Shown here: one piece after another, positions 10,101 to 19,087 of the stretch
Layout of the letters: every line of letters starts with the position of its first letter
Numbering within the stretch: the first letter of the stretch is position 1
From: Candidatus Microgenomates bacterium
GTDB taxonomy: Bacteria > Patescibacteriota > Microgenomatia > Levybacterales > UBA12049
Assembly: GCA_025451195.1 (NCBI GenBank)
Contig: JANWKV010000006.1
Coordinates: forward strand, 1 to 62,918
Length of the DNA stretch: 62,918 nucleotides
Direction of reading: 5' to 3'
Translations under genes and position numbers: made by a program
The notes under the pieces: model-generated
What the model was told of the DNA's origin: nothing
The model's input: only the letters and a program-made list of their open reading frames with translations
Databases searched by the model: none

Positions 10101-10120
10101 AACCTGAGTTAGCTAAGTAT

Positions 10121-11329
10121 ATGAAACGACTTTTTATCCTGGGATTTGTTTTTGTACTTCTGTTGGCAATCCCGCTTACACTTTTTCTACTTGGGGAGCA
10201 AACAAAAACGAGAAGCGGCGCATCCCCTGCAACCAGATTATCATTTGTACCGGCAAGTAAAGATGTTAACGTTGGCGATGCATTTAGCCTTGATGTAAGC
10301 CTTAATCCAGGCACCAGTGGAACACCAAATGTTATTTCCTTCATTAACCTGAATATTCAGTACTCAAGCAATCTGGCACTTGATACAACCAAAGGAGATA
10401 ATAATAGCGGAATTACAATTCATCCTGTGAATGGTAAGGCATTGGTAATTCTAACTCCGCTTTCCGCTCCCCAATGTGGAGCCGCGACTTGCTTAGTTAC
10501 TTTGTCTTTAGGTGTAAACCCTGGAGATCAGGGAATTCAAACTGTTATTCCGGCTCTTATTACTCTTTATATGGTTGCGCAAAGCGCTTCGGATCCAAAC
10601 AACCAAAGTACAATTGATTTGAGTTCATCAAAAATTTATTCAACAGGCCAGAACGACCAACCAAGTAACAACGTATTAACAGGAGCGGATCCAGCTACAA
10701 TCAACGTTACTGCACCAAGCACAACTCCAAGTCCATCTGTTACCGATAGTCCTACTCCGGCAGGAGGAGAAACACCAACCGACACGCCTGTACCCGGTGG
10801 AGGAGGAAATCCAACGGATACACCAACCACTGTACCAGGATCTACAACAGGAACTCCTCAAGCAAGCGGAACACCCACCTGCACAAGTCTTGCTGTAGAT
10901 AATTTAAATGGTAATGCCCCTCTTACGGTTAACTTTACTACAACCGGAAACGATGCAGATGGTTCTGTCAGTAAAATAACCTACAATTTTGGAGACGGAC
11001 AAGTTCAGGATATAACAAGCGGCAGCGGCATTGGCACAACAGTTGTGAATTCTCAAGTAGCACATACTTATAATTCCGACGGAACATATACAGCAAGTTC
11101 TGCAATTACAGACGGTGGCGGCGCGGTAAGTGATCCTGGCGCTTGTACCCAAACAATTACAGTAGGCTCTGGCGGAGGCACTTCTACGCCAAGCGCAACA
11201 ATGATTGCAAAAGCACCAACCGCAACGCCAACAATTCCATCAAGCGGACCTGGTGAAACAATTGTTAATGTTGGTATACTAGGCGGAGTGTTGTCGGTAC
11301 TTGGCGCAATACTTATCTTTGCATTATAA
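10121..11329 (+). CDS. Secreted surface protein with Pro/Thr/Gly linker, PKD-like domain and C-terminal hydrophobic anchor
   Basis: Signal peptide MKRLFILGFVFVLLLAIPL. PKD-like NAPLTVNFTTTGNDADGSVSKITYNFGDGQ..AHTYNSDGTYT. C-terminus IPSSGPGE plus a TM segment. The start is moved from 10004 to ATG 10121. Confidence 0.75.
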   Translation: MKRLFILGFVFVLLLAIPLTLFLLGEQTKTRSGASPATRLSFVPASKDVNVGDAFSLDVSLNPGTSGTPNVISFINLNIQYSSNLALDTTKGDNNSGITIHPVNGKALVILTPLSAPQCGAATCLVTLSLGVNPGDQGIQTVIPALITLYMVAQSASDPNNQSTIDLSSSKIYSTGQNDQPSNNVLTGADPATINVTAPSTTPSPSVTDSPTPAGGETPTDTPVPGGGGNPTDTPTTVPGSTTGTPQASGTPTCTSLAVDNLNGNAPLTVNFTTTGNDADGSVSKITYNFGDGQVQDITSGSGIGTTVVNSQVAHTYNSDGTYTASSAITDGGGAVSDPGACTQTITVGSGGGTSTPSATMIAKAPTATPTIPSSGPGETIVNVGILGGVLSVLGAILIFAL

Positions 11330-11339
11330 TGCATCAACT

Positions 11340-11401
11340 AAATCACAAGCCCCAATGACCAATGTCCAACAAATTTTCGTTGGAACTTAATTTTGTGATT
11401 T
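11340..11401. terminator. Nested hairpins between convergent genes (putative bidirectional terminator)
   Basis: AAATCACAA (11340-11348) pairs with TTGTGATTT (11393-11401), enclosing CCAAC-N8-GTTGG (11366-11383). Confidence 0.4.
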
Positions 11402-11427
11402 GAGATTTGTAACTTGGGATTTGAGTT

Positions 11428-13188
11428 CTATTTACTTTCAATCATTGAAAATAGCGCCTCTTGGGGAATTTCTACTTTACTGATTGTAAACATTTTTGAT
11501 TTGCCTTTTTTCTGTGCTTCCAGCAATTTATCTTTTCTTGTTCTGTCTCCGCCACTCATCTTTGCCAAAACATCTTTTCTAAATGGGGAAATTTCCTCTC
11601 TTGATAAAATTCTTCCCCCAATTCCTGCCTGAATAACCTGTCTGTATTGTTGTCTGGGGAGTGCGTCTTTTAATTTTTTAGCCTTTGTCCTGGCAATCTG
11701 TTCTGATTCGTCTTTATACGCAAATTCCGACAAAACATCAATCGGATTATCGTTAATTTTTACTTCTATATTAACCAAGTCCGCGCTTTTATATTCTGTT
11801 AATTCGTAATCTATGCTTGCAAAACCGGCTGTAACCGATTTTAAGTCCGGCGACAGGCCGTGTATAAACTGACTGTAAGGCATGTCATATTCCAAAATAA
11901 CATTTGTATCCTGATATTCCATATGCAACATTTGACCGCGCTTTTTTTGGCAAACTGTCATTACAGCACCCAAATATTCCTGCGGAACGTGTATTGTTAA
12001 ATGCATATACGGCTCTTTGTATTTGAGTTCTCCTCCCGGGGCCTTTTCTTCTTCATATAATACGTGAGGAAGTGTAAATAAAGGTTGCAATTGAAATTCT
12101 CTTACTAATCTTTCCCTGAAGATATCAGCGTGCAAAAGACCTAAAAAACCTATCCTGAATCCGCTTCCCAAAAATGCGGAATATTCATCGTTGTATGTAA
12201 TTGATGCGTCAATAAGCGTTAATTTTTGGATTGCCTCCCTAAGAGGCACTAATTCATCTGTTGATTTTGGATATACGCCAAAAAATACCATTGGCTTTGG
12301 TGTTTTATACCCCGGTAGTGGTTCAATCTTAAATTTTGAAGCTTGAAGTTTGAATTCGGATATCGTATCTCCAACTCTGACAAGCCTGATATCTTTTATA
12401 CCGGTTACAATATAACCGATTTCTCCCGCGGAAAGTTCTCCCGAAGAAACAAGATTTGGAGTAAAATACCCAACATCAATTGCATTGGTTTTTCTTTTTG
12501 TCTGCAATAATTCTATTTGGTTATTTGTAGAAATTTTTCCGTCAACTATTCTAACAAATGCTACAACCCCTCGGTGTTCATCGTAAACTGCATCAAAAAT
12601 AAGAGCCCTTAAAGAACTTTCCAAATTGCCGGAAGGGGCTGGAATTTTTTCAATTGATGTTTCCAGTAACTCTTTTACACCAAGACCTGTTTTTGCAGAA
12701 ATCAAATGCATTTCCTCTTCTTTAAAACCAAGTGCAATTAGCTGTTTAACAACGCCATCTACATTTGCTCCTTCCAAATCAATTTTATTTATTGCCGGAA
12801 TTATAATTAAGTTTTCTTTTTTGGCTGCCCTAAAATGTGCAATTGTTTGAGCCTGAACCCCTTTTGTTGCGTCAACAAGTAAAATTACTCCTTCGCAGCA
12901 GGCAAGGGTACGTGAGACTTCGTAGGAAAAATCAACATGACCGGGCGTATCTATAAGGTTAAGCATGTATTGCTGACCGTTTAGAAAATATTTCATCCGG
13001 ACAGGTGCAAGTTTTATTGTAATTCCACGTTCACGAGAAATTGGGTTCTGGTCTAAAAACTGCTCTTTCTTTTCTAGTTTGTTTTTATCAATCGTTCCTG
13101 TTATTTCCAAAAATCTGTCGGAAAGAGTTGATTTCCCATGGTCAATGTGGGCAATAATGGCAAAATTCCTTATATTATCTTTATTCAT
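11428..13188 (-). CDS. lepA: Translation elongation factor 4 (LepA)
   Basis: IRNFAIIAHIDHGKSTLSDRFLE.., DTPGHVDF, NKIDL GTPase motifs and a LepA-type C-terminal domain. Confidence 0.96.
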   Translation of the reverse strand: MNKDNIRNFAIIAHIDHGKSTLSDRFLEITGTIDKNKLEKKEQFLDQNPISRERGITIKLAPVRMKYFLNGQQYMLNLIDTPGHVDFSYEVSRTLACCEGVILLVDATKGVQAQTIAHFRAAKKENLIIIPAINKIDLEGANVDGVVKQLIALGFKEEEMHLISAKTGLGVKELLETSIEKIPAPSGNLESSLRALIFDAVYDEHRGVVAFVRIVDGKISTNNQIELLQTKRKTNAIDVGYFTPNLVSSGELSAGEIGYIVTGIKDIRLVRVGDTISEFKLQASKFKIEPLPGYKTPKPMVFFGVYPKSTDELVPLREAIQKLTLIDASITYNDEYSAFLGSGFRIGFLGLLHADIFRERLVREFQLQPLFTLPHVLYEEEKAPGGELKYKEPYMHLTIHVPQEYLGAVMTVCQKKRGQMLHMEYQDTNVILEYDMPYSQFIHGLSPDLKSVTAGFASIDYELTEYKSADLVNIEVKINDNPIDVLSEFAYKDESEQIARTKAKKLKDALPRQQYRQVIQAGIGGRILSREEISPFRKDVLAKMSGGDRTRKDKLLEAQKKGKSKMFTISKVEIPQEALFSMIESK

Positions 13189-13374
13189 AGTATTGAAGTC
13201 CCGTATTTACGACATTTTGAGGCAAGAATACAGATCTTGAGATCAACGAGCAAAGTTACTGGGACAAAATTCCTAATGTATTTTTTATCCATATTTGGTA
13301 AATGGATTGTACCATACCCTTCTCAAATGAAAATGCGGTAAGAAGAGTGCAAGCGTAAAAATATAAATAAGAAT

Positions 13375-15105
13375 TTATGAAGGTTTAAAATGTGCAGGGT
13401 CAATTGTTTCTTCTGTTTTTCCAAGTATTTCTCTCCAATTACCCAGTTTTTTAAACATAAGTAAAAATGTTTTTGCCTCTTTTACGTTAAAAAGCCAGGT
13501 AAGAAAAATGTAAAGGGAGAGACCGGCGAAAGACGAAATCCCTGTTAGAATTAAAAGATTAATTGTTTTTGTTGTGTCAAAAACCAAACGGTCTAAAAGT
13601 TTTATTGGTACGTATAAGGTAAAAGCGGTAAAGAGAGTTGCAACAAAAATTTTTAAGAGAGGTGAAAAAAGGGCGGATATGTTAAATCCATTCGTCTTTT
13701 TACCTAGAATAACAAATAAAATAACGAACTGGAAAATACTTGTAATTGTATATGCGGCGGCAATTCCACCTGTTCCAAAATCAACAATAAATTCCCCTCT
13801 CCAAAATCCGTTAAAAAATCCGTAAGGTATTACCCCTTGGTGTAATCCCGACCGGTAAATAACAATCGATAATGCACTTAGAATTAGCATCATTACTGTT
13901 GAGATTGTCCCGACAATAAGCGGGGTTTTTGTATCATGCAGTGCATAATATGCGCGTGAAACAAGATAGATTAAAGCTTGCGCGAAAAGAGAAATGGAAA
14001 AAATACCAAGAGTCCTACCCGTTTCAACTGTTGCCGGCCAGTCGAAAAGTGATGCTCCATAAATAAGTCTGACAATTGGAATACGAAGAACTAAAAACAA
14101 AACCGAGATTGGCAGAATCAAATACATCATTTCGTAAAAACTGGTTAGAAAAGTTTCTTTGAATAAAACTAAGTTTTCTCTTTGACGCGATAAAACCGGA
14201 AAAGCAGCCTGTGCTATTGTTTGACCAAATAAAACAACAGGCGCAAAAGCCAAAGTTTGCGCATAATCAAAAATAACATAATTTCTCCCCGGATCTTCTA
14301 AAAAAGAAACAAGAGTGACTGTAATTAAAATCCCAATCTGAAAAATTGCTATAGAGATAGTCCGGGGCCACATGAGATGAAACACTTCTTTTATTCCTTC
14401 CGTATGAAAAAAATCTGCAGGATGAAAATAAAAACCAATTTTTTTTAAAAATGGTAATTGAATTAAAACGAAAATAAACGCGCCAATTACAACTCCCCAC
14501 GCTGCCGAAAATATGCCGGTACTACCCGAAAGAAGCAGAATACCGATAATAATACCTAAATTGTATGTTGCTGCCGCTATTCCGGGAATAAAAAAGTGGT
14601 TATAAGACTGCAAAATTGCAGATAAAAAACTTCCGATAATAAATAGAAGCTCTCCTAGTATTATTATCCTCATTAAATTAGCCATAAGCATAATTTCGTG
14701 TTCTGTGAATCCGGGTGCAATCACATATGAGAAAAAATTTGCAAAGACAAACAAAACTACTCCAACAATAAAAAACACGACAAGGCTTAACGATAAAAGT
14801 GTTGATGCAAATATCTGCCCTTCTTTTTCCCTGTTTTTAACTAGGTAATTTGAGAAAACGGGAATAAAGGCACTCGAAAGCGCTCCGGCAATAATAATCT
14901 GGAAAAGTGAATCAGGAAGTCTTGATGATGCTAAATATATACCAAGAGTGTTAGACGCCCCAAAAATTGCAACAAGAAGGCGTTGTCTGACAAGCCCAAG
15001 CACTTGGGAAAAAATAACAGTAGCCATTATTACAAATGCCGCGGAAAGGATATTTGTTTGCCTTTTTAGCAAAAGGCTTAACCCTTTTTTGAAAATATCG
15101 TTCAT
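13375..15105 (-). CDS. murJ: Lipid II flippase MurJ/MviN
   Basis: 576 aa polytopic protein. N-terminus ..SAAFVIMATVIFSQVLGLVRQRLLVAIFGASNTLGIYLASSRLPD is typical of MurJ. Confidence 0.88.
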   Translation of the reverse strand: MNDIFKKGLSLLLKRQTNILSAAFVIMATVIFSQVLGLVRQRLLVAIFGASNTLGIYLASSRLPDSLFQIIIAGALSSAFIPVFSNYLVKNREKEGQIFASTLLSLSLVVFFIVGVVLFVFANFFSYVIAPGFTEHEIMLMANLMRIIILGELLFIIGSFLSAILQSYNHFFIPGIAAATYNLGIIIGILLLSGSTGIFSAAWGVVIGAFIFVLIQLPFLKKIGFYFHPADFFHTEGIKEVFHLMWPRTISIAIFQIGILITVTLVSFLEDPGRNYVIFDYAQTLAFAPVVLFGQTIAQAAFPVLSRQRENLVLFKETFLTSFYEMMYLILPISVLFLVLRIPIVRLIYGASLFDWPATVETGRTLGIFSISLFAQALIYLVSRAYYALHDTKTPLIVGTISTVMMLILSALSIVIYRSGLHQGVIPYGFFNGFWRGEFIVDFGTGGIAAAYTITSIFQFVILFVILGKKTNGFNISALFSPLLKIFVATLFTAFTLYVPIKLLDRLVFDTTKTINLLILTGISSFAGLSLYIFLTWLFNVKEAKTFLLMFKKLGNWREILGKTEETIDPAHFKPS

Positions 15106-15130
15106 AAATTGCGAAAATTTCCCAGTGAGC

Positions 15131-15159
15131 TTGTTTTTTACAGTATAGCATGGTAAAAT
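15131..15159 (+). promoter_or_regulatory. rpsT promoter TTGTTT-17-(TGG)TAAAAT, leaderless configuration
   Basis: TTGTTT at 15131-15136, TGG at 15151-15153, TAAAAT at 15154-15159. The ATG at 15166 is 6 nt downstream and there is no Shine-Dalgarno sequence. Confidence 0.55.
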
Positions 15160-15165
15160 TATCTT

Positions 15166-15498
15166 ATGCCAGTAATAAAATCAGCAAAGAAAAAGCTGCG
15201 TGCAGACAAAAAGCGAACAGCTCAAAATAAAGGTGTTAAGATTTTGGTGAAAGAATTAGTTAAAAAAGCAAAAGCCTCCAAATCAGAAAAGGCAATAAAA
15301 GAAGCTGTTGTTGCAATAGATAAAGCTGCAAAGAAAAATATTTTCCACAAAAATAAAGCCGCAAGGTTTAAATCTACTCTTGCAAAACTTTTGTCAGGAA
15401 AATCTAAAACAGTTACACAACCGTCTACGTTAAAAGCAAAAAAATCTGCAAAACCTCCTGTTAAAAAAACCTCATCCAAAAAAGCAAAGAAAGCCTAA
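15166..15498 (+). CDS. rpsT: 30S ribosomal protein S20 with Lys-rich C-terminal extension
   Basis: MPVIKSAKKKLRADKKRTAQNKGVK.. is the canonical S20 N-terminus. There is a tail of about 25 aa, KAKKSAKPPVKKTSSKKAKKA. Confidence 0.9.
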   Translation: MPVIKSAKKKLRADKKRTAQNKGVKILVKELVKKAKASKSEKAIKEAVVAIDKAAKKNIFHKNKAARFKSTLAKLLSGKSKTVTQPSTLKAKKSAKPPVKKTSSKKAKKA

Positions 15499-15505
15499 TT
15501 CTTTA

Positions 15506-16048
15506 ATGAAAGTTATTTTTATTCCCGGCAATGGCGGGGGAAGTCCTCAAGACAATTGGTTTCCATACTTAAAAAGAGAACTTGAAAAATTAGGCGTTGA
15601 GGTTATTGCCCAAGAATTCCCGGATAATGATTTGGCAAGGGAGATTTTTTGGATTCCCTATATTAAAAATGAGCTTAATGCGGACGAGACTACGATTCTA
15701 ATTGGACACTCCTCAGGCGCGGTTGCAGCAATGCGTTTTGCAGAAAAGAATAAAATTTCTGGTTCGGTCTTGGTTGCATCTTACTATACTGATTTAAATG
15801 ATGAAAAGGAAAAACTTAGCGGTTATTTTAACCGTGATTGGAATTGGGAAGTAATACGGAATAATCAAAAGTGGGTTATTCAATTTGCATCTTATGATGA
15901 CCCGTGGATTCCGATTGAGCAACCCCGTTTTATTCACAAAAAACTCAAAAGTGAGTATTTTGAATTTAAAAATAAAGGACATTTTGGCGGTGATTACAAA
16001 AAACTGGAATTCCCCGAGCTACTTGACGCGATAAAAAAACACCTCTAA
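15506..16048 (+). CDS. Alpha/beta serine hydrolase, YdeN/RBBP9-like
   Basis: 180 aa. IFIPGNGGGSPQDNWFPYL.. and the nucleophile elbow GHSSG. Confidence 0.65.
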   Translation: MKVIFIPGNGGGSPQDNWFPYLKRELEKLGVEVIAQEFPDNDLAREIFWIPYIKNELNADETTILIGHSSGAVAAMRFAEKNKISGSVLVASYYTDLNDEKEKLSGYFNRDWNWEVIRNNQKWVIQFASYDDPWIPIEQPRFIHKKLKSEYFEFKNKGHFGGDYKKLEFPELLDAIKKHL

Positions 16049-16064
16049 AAAACATTAATTTTCT

Positions 16065-16093
16065 TTGACAAAAGCTCTTAAACACCCTATGCT
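16065..16093 (+). promoter_or_regulatory. Promoter TTGACA-17-TATGCT upstream of the pilN-like operon
   Basis: TTGACA at 16065-16070 and TATGCT at 16088-16093. The ATG at 16103 is 9 nt downstream. Confidence 0.5.
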
Positions 16094-16102
16094 AAAATAG
16101 CC

Positions 16103-16648
16103 ATGAATACGGCTTCTATTAACCTAATTAGAGGTAGAAAACCTCATTTTTTTGATCACTTTGTCGGCTGGGCATTAACTGTTGGGCGGGTTGTTGTAAT
16201 AGCTGTTGAGGGAATTGCACTTGCTGCTTTTTTGTACAGGTTTGGCTTAGACCGACAACTTATTGACCTACATGACAAAATTGCATCCGAGCAAAATATT
16301 GTAAAATTTTTACAAAAAAATGAAAATGTATACAGAAATTTTCAGAACAGGCTTTCTTTATCCAGTAATATTTTATCTGTTCAGGACCAAACACTTAAAT
16401 CGTTTAAAGATATCAGTAAATTAATTCCCTCCGATATGTCTGTTCAGACTCTTTTATTCTCACAGGAAAATATGAAACTGGAAGCAACAATGCAGTCGGT
16501 TAACACCTTTACAACATTTATTGACAAATTAAAAACATATCCGACAGTCGACAGCATTTCTATAGATAGAATTGAAAATAGGACATCGTCCGGGACCATA
16601 TCAATAACACTTACCGCAACGTTTAAGAAACCTAATACACAAATATGA
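16103..16648 (+). CDS. PilN-like type IV pilus assembly protein
   Basis: N-terminal SINLIRG (INLL-type PilN motif), a single TM segment, a coiled coil, then an alpha/beta C-terminal domain. Confidence 0.5.
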   Translation: MNTASINLIRGRKPHFFDHFVGWALTVGRVVVIAVEGIALAAFLYRFGLDRQLIDLHDKIASEQNIVKFLQKNENVYRNFQNRLSLSSNILSVQDQTLKSFKDISKLIPSDMSVQTLLFSQENMKLEATMQSVNTFTTFIDKLKTYPTVDSISIDRIENRTSSGTISITLTATFKKPNTQI

Positions 16649-17286
16649 GCAGATTTTCAACAAATTTTTTAAGATCTTTGAGCCTTCCTAAAAATCTTAA
16701 CCTAATGGTTACATTTCCAAGATTAAAAGAGGAAAAAACAAGATCATATGCGGCATTTGTAATGACACTTTTGGCAATTATCATTTTTGGTTTTTTTGCC
16801 ATTAATCCAACTTTAGGAACAATTATAGAACTGAATAAAGAACTCGCGGACAGCAAATACGTGGACCAGCAATTTGTTGAAAAAATATCAAATCTGGCAT
16901 CTCTTCAGGCAAGCTATACAAAATTAACAAATGACATACCTATTGTTTTAGACGCTGTTCCGTCTGCTCCGGATATCCCAACGTTTCTAGCTCAAGTTCA
17001 GTCAGTTGCAACGGTAACGGATATACAACTTTCCAGACTGCAGGTGCAACCTGTTGACATTTCAAATGCCCCCCAGCCCGCGTCAAGCTTTTTGTCTTTT
17101 TCTTTTTCTATCGTTGCTTCAGGAACAAAAGACCAGGCGGATAATTTTGTCGATGGTATTTCAAACTTTGACAGACTCATAACTGTAGATAATATTTCGA
17201 TCGCAAGTCAAAAAGACAGTGGAGATCTGGGATCTGGAACAATATTATTAAACATCAAAGGAAGGGCGTATTTTAAAAGTTTATAG
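16645..17286 (+). CDS. PilO-like type IV pilus assembly protein
   Basis: ATGA overlap with the upstream gene. TM segment, coiled coil (LNKELADSKYVDQQFVEKISNLASLQ), then a ferredoxin-like C-terminal domain. Confidence 0.45.
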   Translation: MSRFSTNFLRSLSLPKNLNLMVTFPRLKEEKTRSYAAFVMTLLAIIIFGFFAINPTLGTIIELNKELADSKYVDQQFVEKISNLASLQASYTKLTNDIPIVLDAVPSAPDIPTFLAQVQSVATVTDIQLSRLQVQPVDISNAPQPASSFLSFSFSIVASGTKDQADNFVDGISNFDRLITVDNISIASQKDSGDLGSGTILLNIKGRAYFKSL

Positions 17287-17288
17287 TT

Positions 17289-17657
17289 ATGAAGCAAAAA
17301 GATATTGTTTTTTTACTTATTTCATCAGTTATACTTACCTTAGCGTGGATTATTTTTACAATTATCCATAAAGGCATTTCTTCAACAATTGCACCTGTTA
17401 CAAGCGAACAAATAACTGCTATAAAACCTGATTTCGATAATAAAACAATTTCGGAATTGGTAAGACGTCATAATGGTGCACCGGCTTTTTCACTTTCAAC
17501 TCCAAGCTCATCAACTTCTGCAGAGGAAACACTGCAGCCAACACCTACTGTTATATCCCAAACACCTACTCCAATTCCAACTGGCCCTGTTTCTTTGATA
17601 ACCCAAACCCCCAACATAAATGAAAATCAAGCTTCAACCGGAGGAAATACCCAGTGA
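17289..17657 (+). CDS. Membrane-anchored Pro/Thr/Ser-rich protein
   Basis: 122 aa. N-terminal TM segment followed by a low-complexity STP-rich tail. Confidence 0.5.
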   Translation: MKQKDIVFLLISSVILTLAWIIFTIIHKGISSTIAPVTSEQITAIKPDFDNKTISELVRRHNGAPAFSLSTPSSSTSAEETLQPTPTVISQTPTPIPTGPVSLITQTPNINENQASTGGNTQ

Positions 17658-19087
17658 TTACAAAACAAACATTTTGGGATAAAAAAATTCCAACCCTACT
17701 TGGGCTTTTATTAATTATTGTAGGAATAGGTACAACAACTTATCTTGCACAAATCGGAATAATCCCATTTATCGGAGCATCGCCTGGAGATAATCCAAAG
17801 AATATCCGCGTTACCAACGTCTCCGACACATCTTTTACAGTAACTTATACAACCGATGAAAGTGCTGTCGGGTCTGTATCTGTAACAAGCGGATCGTCTC
17901 AACAATTATTTTTAGACGATAGGGATAACACAAACACACCACTTCCACATTTTCTGCATAGCATTACGGTAAAGAATTTACAACCTAAAACTGTTGTTTC
18001 TTTTTCTATTCTGTCGGGCAAATCAACTTACTTAAATAAAGATGTTCCATTTACACAAACCACAGGAGATAAAATTAATCAAACCCCCACTTCTGCGGAT
18101 GATCTCCCAGTGACAGGAAAGGTAGTTGATTCGGGTGGAGAAACTCCTCCCGAAACTCTACTTTATATAACAACAGACGGAGGACAAACTATTTCCACTT
18201 TTACAAACCCTGCCGGATTATATGCAACTCCACTTTTAATAAGAAGCGCCGACCTTTCATCTTTTATAAATTTCAACGACACTTCCAAAATACAACTGCT
18301 GGCTGTTGGAATAAATGGCCAACAATCGCAAGTTATATTTTTTGCAAATTCTTCAAATCCCGTACCAACAATTACTTTATCTCAAAATTATGATTTTACT
18401 CAAAGCGAAACTCCAATCGCAAGCGGATCTGCTCTCCCGGTTGGATTTCCATCATTTGGTCTCGATACTACAATTATTGCAAGTGAAAGTCCAAAAATTG
18501 ATGTTCCTCAGCAAAACGAAACATTTGTAGATCCAAGACCAGTTCTTCACGGCAAGGTGCTTCCAAATGAAGTTGTTTCAATTTCGATTCATTCGGATGA
18601 CAAAATTTCAACAACAGTTAAGGCAGATCAATACGGCAACTGGACATATCAGCCGCCAAATGGTTTATCGCCAGGCGCGCACACAATTAGCATTACGTCA
18701 AAAGACCAAAATGGTATATTAAAAACTGTTCAATCGGTGTTTACAATTTTAGAGTCCGGCACTCAGGTAGCTGAAGCTGCAACTCCGTCTGCAACACTTA
18801 CGCCCAGACCCCCAACCTCAACACCCTTACCACCTTCTCTGACACCTACTCCTACCAAAATAAGTCCTCAATTAACGCCGGGCGCATCTGCTTCCCCAGT
18901 TCTAACCGCTACTCCAACTCTTTCGCCAACAAATTCTGTTGTTTCCGAAACATCTGTTCCTAAAACCAGTCCAACAAAAGAAATCCCCAGTGCAGGAAGT
19001 GAATATGGAGTTTTTGGCAGCATTGTCGGTATAGCGGCAACATTTTTTGGAATAGCAGTTATCTTTTTTACCCATATACCATTATGA
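17654..19087 (+). CDS. Surface protein with FN3-like and Ig-like domains, N- and C-terminal TM segments
   Basis: GTGA overlap with the upstream gene. NIRVTNVSDTSFTVTYTTDESAVGSVSV is FN3-like and VSISIHSDD..YGNWTYQPPNGLSPGAHTISITSKD is Ig-like. PT-rich linker. C-terminus IPSAGSE plus a TM segment. Confidence 0.7.
   Translation: MITKQTFWDKKIPTLLGLLLIIVGIGTTTYLAQIGIIPFIGASPGDNPKNIRVTNVSDTSFTVTYTTDESAVGSVSVTSGSSQQLFLDDRDNTNTPLPHFLHSITVKNLQPKTVVSFSILSGKSTYLNKDVPFTQTTGDKINQTPTSADDLPVTGKVVDSGGETPPETLLYITTDGGQTISTFTNPAGLYATPLLIRSADLSSFINFNDTSKIQLLAVGINGQQSQVIFFANSSNPVPTITLSQNYDFTQSETPIASGSALPVGFPSFGLDTTIIASESPKIDVPQQNETFVDPRPVLHGKVLPNEVVSISIHSDDKISTTVKADQYGNWTYQPPNGLSPGAHTISITSKDQNGILKTVQSVFTILESGTQVAEAATPSATLTPRPPTSTPLPPSLTPTPTKISPQLTPGASASPVLTATPTLSPTNSVVSETSVPKTSPTKEIPSAGSEYGVFGSIVGIAATFFGIAVIFFTHIPL

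Noticed and set aside
10004-10120. N-terminal extension of the PKD surface protein (track ORF starts at 10004) reading through hairpin element copy A
   Set aside because: The same element is non-coding at copy B (in-frame stop) and inverted at copy C. A canonical signal peptide starts at Met 10121. The extension is therefore most likely a fortuitous open frame.
13189-13374. 186-nt gap between murJ and lepA inspected for an ncRNA (6S, tmRNA or riboswitch)
   Set aside because: Only an extended -10 (TGGTACAAT, c13306-13314) giving a ~110-nt lepA leader was seen. I could identify no conserved ncRNA motifs or convincing structure by eye.
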